From NCBI GenBank assembly GCA_047617785.1, contig JBLGBK010000018.1:1-10039 (forward strand): DNA of 10,039 bases, in the 5' to 3' direction. Of the stretch, positions 6,894 through 10,039 are shown one piece after another; position 1 is the first letter of the stretch; the number at the start of each line of letters is the position of its first letter. Source of the stretch: Colwellia polaris (lineage in GTDB: Archaea; Nanohalarchaeota; Nanosalinia; Nanosalinales; Nanosalinaceae). The position numbers were made by a program, and so were the translations under genes. A model generated the notes under the pieces. It saw only the letters and a program-made list of their open reading frames with translations, did no database searches and was not told where the DNA came from.

Positions 6894-8237
6894 ATGAGGG
6901 ATCGGATAAAGCACATAGGAAAACCGGTACTCACACCGGAAACCACAGACTGGGGAGGAAAAGGAGCCAACCTCCTAGAACTCGCACAGTTCGAGAATGT
7001 CCCAAAGGGCTTCGTGGTCAACGCAGAAGCCTACGACAGATTCACTAATCAGCAGGAAATACAAAATCTAGAATGGATCAACGAAGGTAACGTAGACCTA
7101 GACTGGATCGAAGAAAACCCAGAAACAGAGCTTGAAGAAATTCAGAACACCACTCAAGAAGTGTTTCTAAACAATAATTTACCAGCAGAATACAGAGAAG
7201 ACATAACTTCAGCAATACACCAATATGAAGGAGAAATGTTTGCACGTAGCAGCGCAGTAAACGAGGATGGAGAAGAAAACTCCGGAGCGGGCAGACTAGA
7301 GAGCTTCGGACCAATGAGCAGAGGAGAAATACTTGAAGGAACCAAAAAAGTATTCGCGTCAGCTTTCGACGAGAAAGCAATCAAATATTTGACCGAAAAC
7401 AATATAGACAGCTTTGGAGGCGTAGCAGTAGTAGTACAGGAAGCAGTCGACCCTGCTTTCGGAGGAGTAATGTACAGTTCTGATCCAAACGGCAACCCCG
7501 ACAAAGTCTACATTGAAGCAAATGAAACACCGTGGCAAGTAGTAGACGACGACATAAGAGACATTATACACGTAGATGCTGATGAAATCCCAAGCGGGAG
7601 AAGTGGAGAAGGAAACTTCCAATACAAGAACAACAAAGGGAATAGCGAGCCATTACCAGATGCAGAACAAGTTATGGAAATTTCAGGAGCCGGTAAAGAC
7701 ATAGAAGACGTTTATAACTCGCCCATGGATATAGAATTTGCCTACAATCAGGAAGGCGAACTTTACATACTTCAAGGACGTCCTATCACGGTTGAAGGAT
7801 ATGGAGAACCTGATTTCAATATACCAGACGATATACGTGATATAGATAATGAAGAAGTTCTTGCAGAAACTAGTATCGTAAGAAACGCAGGAATACTAGA
7901 AGAATTACCAGCAGTAGTAATCGATGACGCAAATTCATCAGGAATGTATCAAACAGAAGGCAGTCTTGAAGAATACAACAATCAATTCTCAGAGGGATAT
8001 GTAGTTGTAACACCTGTAATGAACGAAAATATTGAAAACAGGACAGATAACGCAGCAGGACTTGTAGCAAGTGAAGGAGGAAAAACAAGTCATGCATCAA
8101 CAGTAGCAGATGAAAGTGGAATGCTTTACATGGGTGCGCTTGAAAGCGAACCTCAGGAATACTTAGAACATGGAGACAATGTCTACATGGCAGTCAACGG
8201 ACACGAAGGAGTCTTTGCACGAGGTGAAGAATTCTAA
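6894..8237 (+). CDS. PEP synthase-like protein with PPDK_N (ATP-grasp) and phospho-His swivel domains only, 447 aa; start revised from TTG 6870
   Basis: WGGKGANLLEL, VPKGFVV, FARSSAVNEDGEENSGAG, AVVVQE, GGVMYS, PMDIEFA, LYILQGRPIT, EGGKTSHA (His400, codon 8091-8093). It ends at the end of the swivel domain and has none of the NPMLG/GTNDL/GICG barrel motifs. ATG 6894 fits the TATA spacing. Confidence 0.88.
   Translation: MRDRIKHIGKPVLTPETTDWGGKGANLLELAQFENVPKGFVVNAEAYDRFTNQQEIQNLEWINEGNVDLDWIEENPETELEEIQNTTQEVFLNNNLPAEYREDITSAIHQYEGEMFARSSAVNEDGEENSGAGRLESFGPMSRGEILEGTKKVFASAFDEKAIKYLTENNIDSFGGVAVVVQEAVDPAFGGVMYSSDPNGNPDKVYIEANETPWQVVDDDIRDIIHVDADEIPSGRSGEGNFQYKNNKGNSEPLPDAEQVMEISGAGKDIEDVYNSPMDIEFAYNQEGELYILQGRPITVEGYGEPDFNIPDDIRDIDNEEVLAETSIVRNAGILEELPAVVIDDANSSGMYQTEGSLEEYNNQFSEGYVVVTPVMNENIENRTDNAAGLVASEGGKTSHASTVADESGMLYMGALESEPQEYLEHGDNVYMAVNGHEGVFARGEEF
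8221..8227 (+). promoter_or_regulatory. Shine-Dalgarno site for the 8238 gene
   Basis: GAGGTGA lies 10 nt before ATG 8238. Confidence 0.65.
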
Positions 8238-10039
8238 ATGGCAGCAGCCGAAAACGTAAATACTACAGATCCTGAAGAACAAACTCAGGAAGTCTACCCT
8301 TCCAGAAGCCAAGAAGACCTTGAATCAATTATCAATGAGATGGAAGAAGTTGAGAACGAAGAGATAGAAGAATCAGTAAGAGAGATAAGCAGTTTAGCAG
8401 ATGGAAATCTTCGTGAAGGACGTACAGGAGTCACAGAACACTTTGAAGCGCCTATTCGATCACTTAACAACCCTACAGAAAACACTGTAGAGCTTGAAGA
8501 CGGCACCACCGCTGAAGTCGTAGGAGAAGAATACTTTCTAGGCCAGAACCTTCCCGGTTTCCAGGATGTAGGAAACATCAAATGGTGGACCATAATGGAC
8601 GAGAACTCCTACAGAGAGGAGACCAGAAACGGAGGGCTTGAACACCTCCAGCTTAACAACGAAGGAGAAATCCACAGCTACAGAGTAGAACTGGATGGAG
8701 AGCCTCTTAACCCAGAGCAGGTACAACGACTGGAACGAAACCTGAACATTCGAGCACAAGGACAAGTAACAACAGAAAACAGAGTTGTAGAAGACATAAT
8801 TCAGTACAGCTCCAGAGAAGAAATTCTGGAGAATGAAGACCTTACAGAAGACGAATACATTCAACAAGTTAAAGAAGCACAAGAATACGGACTGATAAAC
8901 GAAGATGGAGAACTCACTTTGAAAGGATTCATTACAGGTCAAGACATGGAAGCCAGAGATCTCAGGGCTCTTGACAATGCCTCTAACGGAGCAGAAACAA
9001 TTGAAACTTCTACACAAGGAGTTCTGGATAACTTTTCTGAAGGAAGCTTTAACGAGAGTATAGAACTCAGATTCACAGGTTTTGCAAGAGATCTTGAAAA
9101 CATGCGGTTAGAAGCTGACTCATCAGACGGAGAAATAACCGTTCCAAACTCCGGATTCGGACGCCACATAAGCATAGATGAAAACGGAATGAGAATAGGT
9201 TTAGAAAACAATAACGTTCCTGCCTCTGCAGTTCTCAATGAATACTTCCCAAATGAAGTAGTGGAAAACGGAGAAGTAAATATACCGGAACTAGAACAGC
9301 GCAACCCTGATCTAGCAGGAAGCCTTATCCAGAGAGCAGAACTTTCCAACAACAATGTAGAATACTCAGATGCTTCAGGTCAAGCATCACTAAACCTATA
9401 CACTCCCGAAGATGAACCTGAAGAACCTCACCGAGAAATGCTGGAATCTGAGTTTAGTCTAAGCATTGAAGAACTAAGCGAAGAGCTAGAGAACAACTCC
9501 TCTATCGAAGTTGAGGAAGGAAACATAACAATAACTTATGAAGGGGACGAAATACCGGAGAGACTTGTTAAAGGAATAGAAAGGGAAAAAAGCCCTAAAT
9601 GGGAAGATGGCGAAATCGACATAAGTCATGGTCTAAGCGCAATTAATTCAACGGCGCAACTAGTACTACATCAATTTGAGGAAGAGCTTGATGAGAAACA
9701 CGACTATAACACTTCCTCCTCACGCGTATACGAAAGAATATCAGCCTATCAAGACATCAGCACAGAACTAGATCAAAAGATCCAGGAGCTTGAGGAAACA
9801 GGCATAATCAAGACAGAAGTTATCGAAAGAGAACCTGCAAAAGTCAGTCTCAACCCTGAAGACAAAGAAGACTATCGACTTATAGATCGGCTTAGTAGCG
9901 AAACAGATCTAGATCTTCCTTCAGAAATCAAAGAGCTAAGCACCGAGAACCTGGAAACGGAGACAGCACGGATAGGAAGAGATATGCGCGATATAGAGGA
10001 TCTCGACGAAGAACTTGAAGAATACAAAGAAGAAATAAC
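8238..10039 (+). CDS. Large, very acidic hypothetical protein (at least 600 aa, runs off the window) with possible winged-helix segments
   Basis: Not in the ORF track. The ATG directly follows the upstream TAA (TAAATG). Hand translation is open to the end: MAAAENVNTTDPEEQTQEVYPSRSQEDLES...KEAQEYGLINEDGELTLKG...DISTELDQKIQELEETGIIKTEVIEREPAKVSL...LDEELEEYKEEI. No signal peptide or transmembrane helix is seen. Confidence 0.9.
   Translation, partial: MAAAENVNTTDPEEQTQEVYPSRSQEDLESIINEMEEVENEEIEESVREISSLADGNLREGRTGVTEHFEAPIRSLNNPTENTVELEDGTTAEVVGEEYFLGQNLPGFQDVGNIKWWTIMDENSYREETRNGGLEHLQLNNEGEIHSYRVELDGEPLNPEQVQRLERNLNIRAQGQVTTENRVVEDIIQYSSREEILENEDLTEDEYIQQVKEAQEYGLINEDGELTLKGFITGQDMEARDLRALDNASNGAETIETSTQGVLDNFSEGSFNESIELRFTGFARDLENMRLEADSSDGEITVPNSGFGRHISIDENGMRIGLENNNVPASAVLNEYFPNEVVENGEVNIPELEQRNPDLAGSLIQRAELSNNNVEYSDASGQASLNLYTPEDEPEEPHREMLESEFSLSIEELSEELENNSSIEVEEGNITITYEGDEIPERLVKGIEREKSPKWEDGEIDISHGLSAINSTAQLVLHQFEEELDEKHDYNTSSSRVYERISAYQDISTELDQKIQELEETGIIKTEVIEREPAKVSLNPEDKEDYRLIDRLSSETDLDLPSEIKELSTENLETETARIGRDMRDIEDLDEELEEYKEEI

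Noticed and set aside
6894-8237. Annotation as rifampin phosphotransferase, glucan water dikinase or ppsA pseudogene
   Set aside because: No central substrate domain as in Rph, domain order differs from GWD, and the ORF is intact with catalytic motifs, a promoter and a coupled downstream gene.
7078-9355. Minus-strand ORFs 7078-7380, 7154-7504, 7359-7622, 7508-7702, 7870-8100, 8294-8593, 8538-9017 and 8939-9355
   Set aside because: Ser/Phe/Leu-rich mirror frames of the purine-rich plus-strand genes at 6894-8237 and 8238-10039.
1-10039. CRISPR array, IS element, integrase, intein or tRNA intron
   Set aside because: No regularly spaced repeats, terminal inverted repeats or recombinase motifs were seen; ppsA is colinear without an insertion and the tRNA folds without an intron.

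Overview
Archaeal window, most likely from a halophilic DPANN organism (Nanohaloarchaeota-like). This is inferred from very acidic Glu-rich proteins, moderate GC, TATA promoters close to start codons and class III signal peptides. Left (minus strand): a tightly coupled operon of five type IV pilin-like/adhesin genes, each with a class III signal peptide; the last runs off the window and is missing from the ORF track. Centre (plus strand, divergent): a complete phosphoenolpyruvate synthase (ppsA) with an extra C-terminal winged-helix domain resembling DUF2582, then an oligo-T terminator and an intron-less tRNA-Leu(UAA). Right: a two-gene unit with a perfect 9-5-9 palindrome between its TATA box and start codon. 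It encodes (i) a divergent PEP-synthase-like protein with the ATP-grasp and phospho-His swivel domains but no pyruvate-binding barrel, and (ii) an abutting, very acidic ORF of at least 600 aa with winged-helix-like segments, also missing from the ORF track. This headless-dikinase plus partner module and the PpsA-wHTH fusion are the most interesting items; their functions are inference only.
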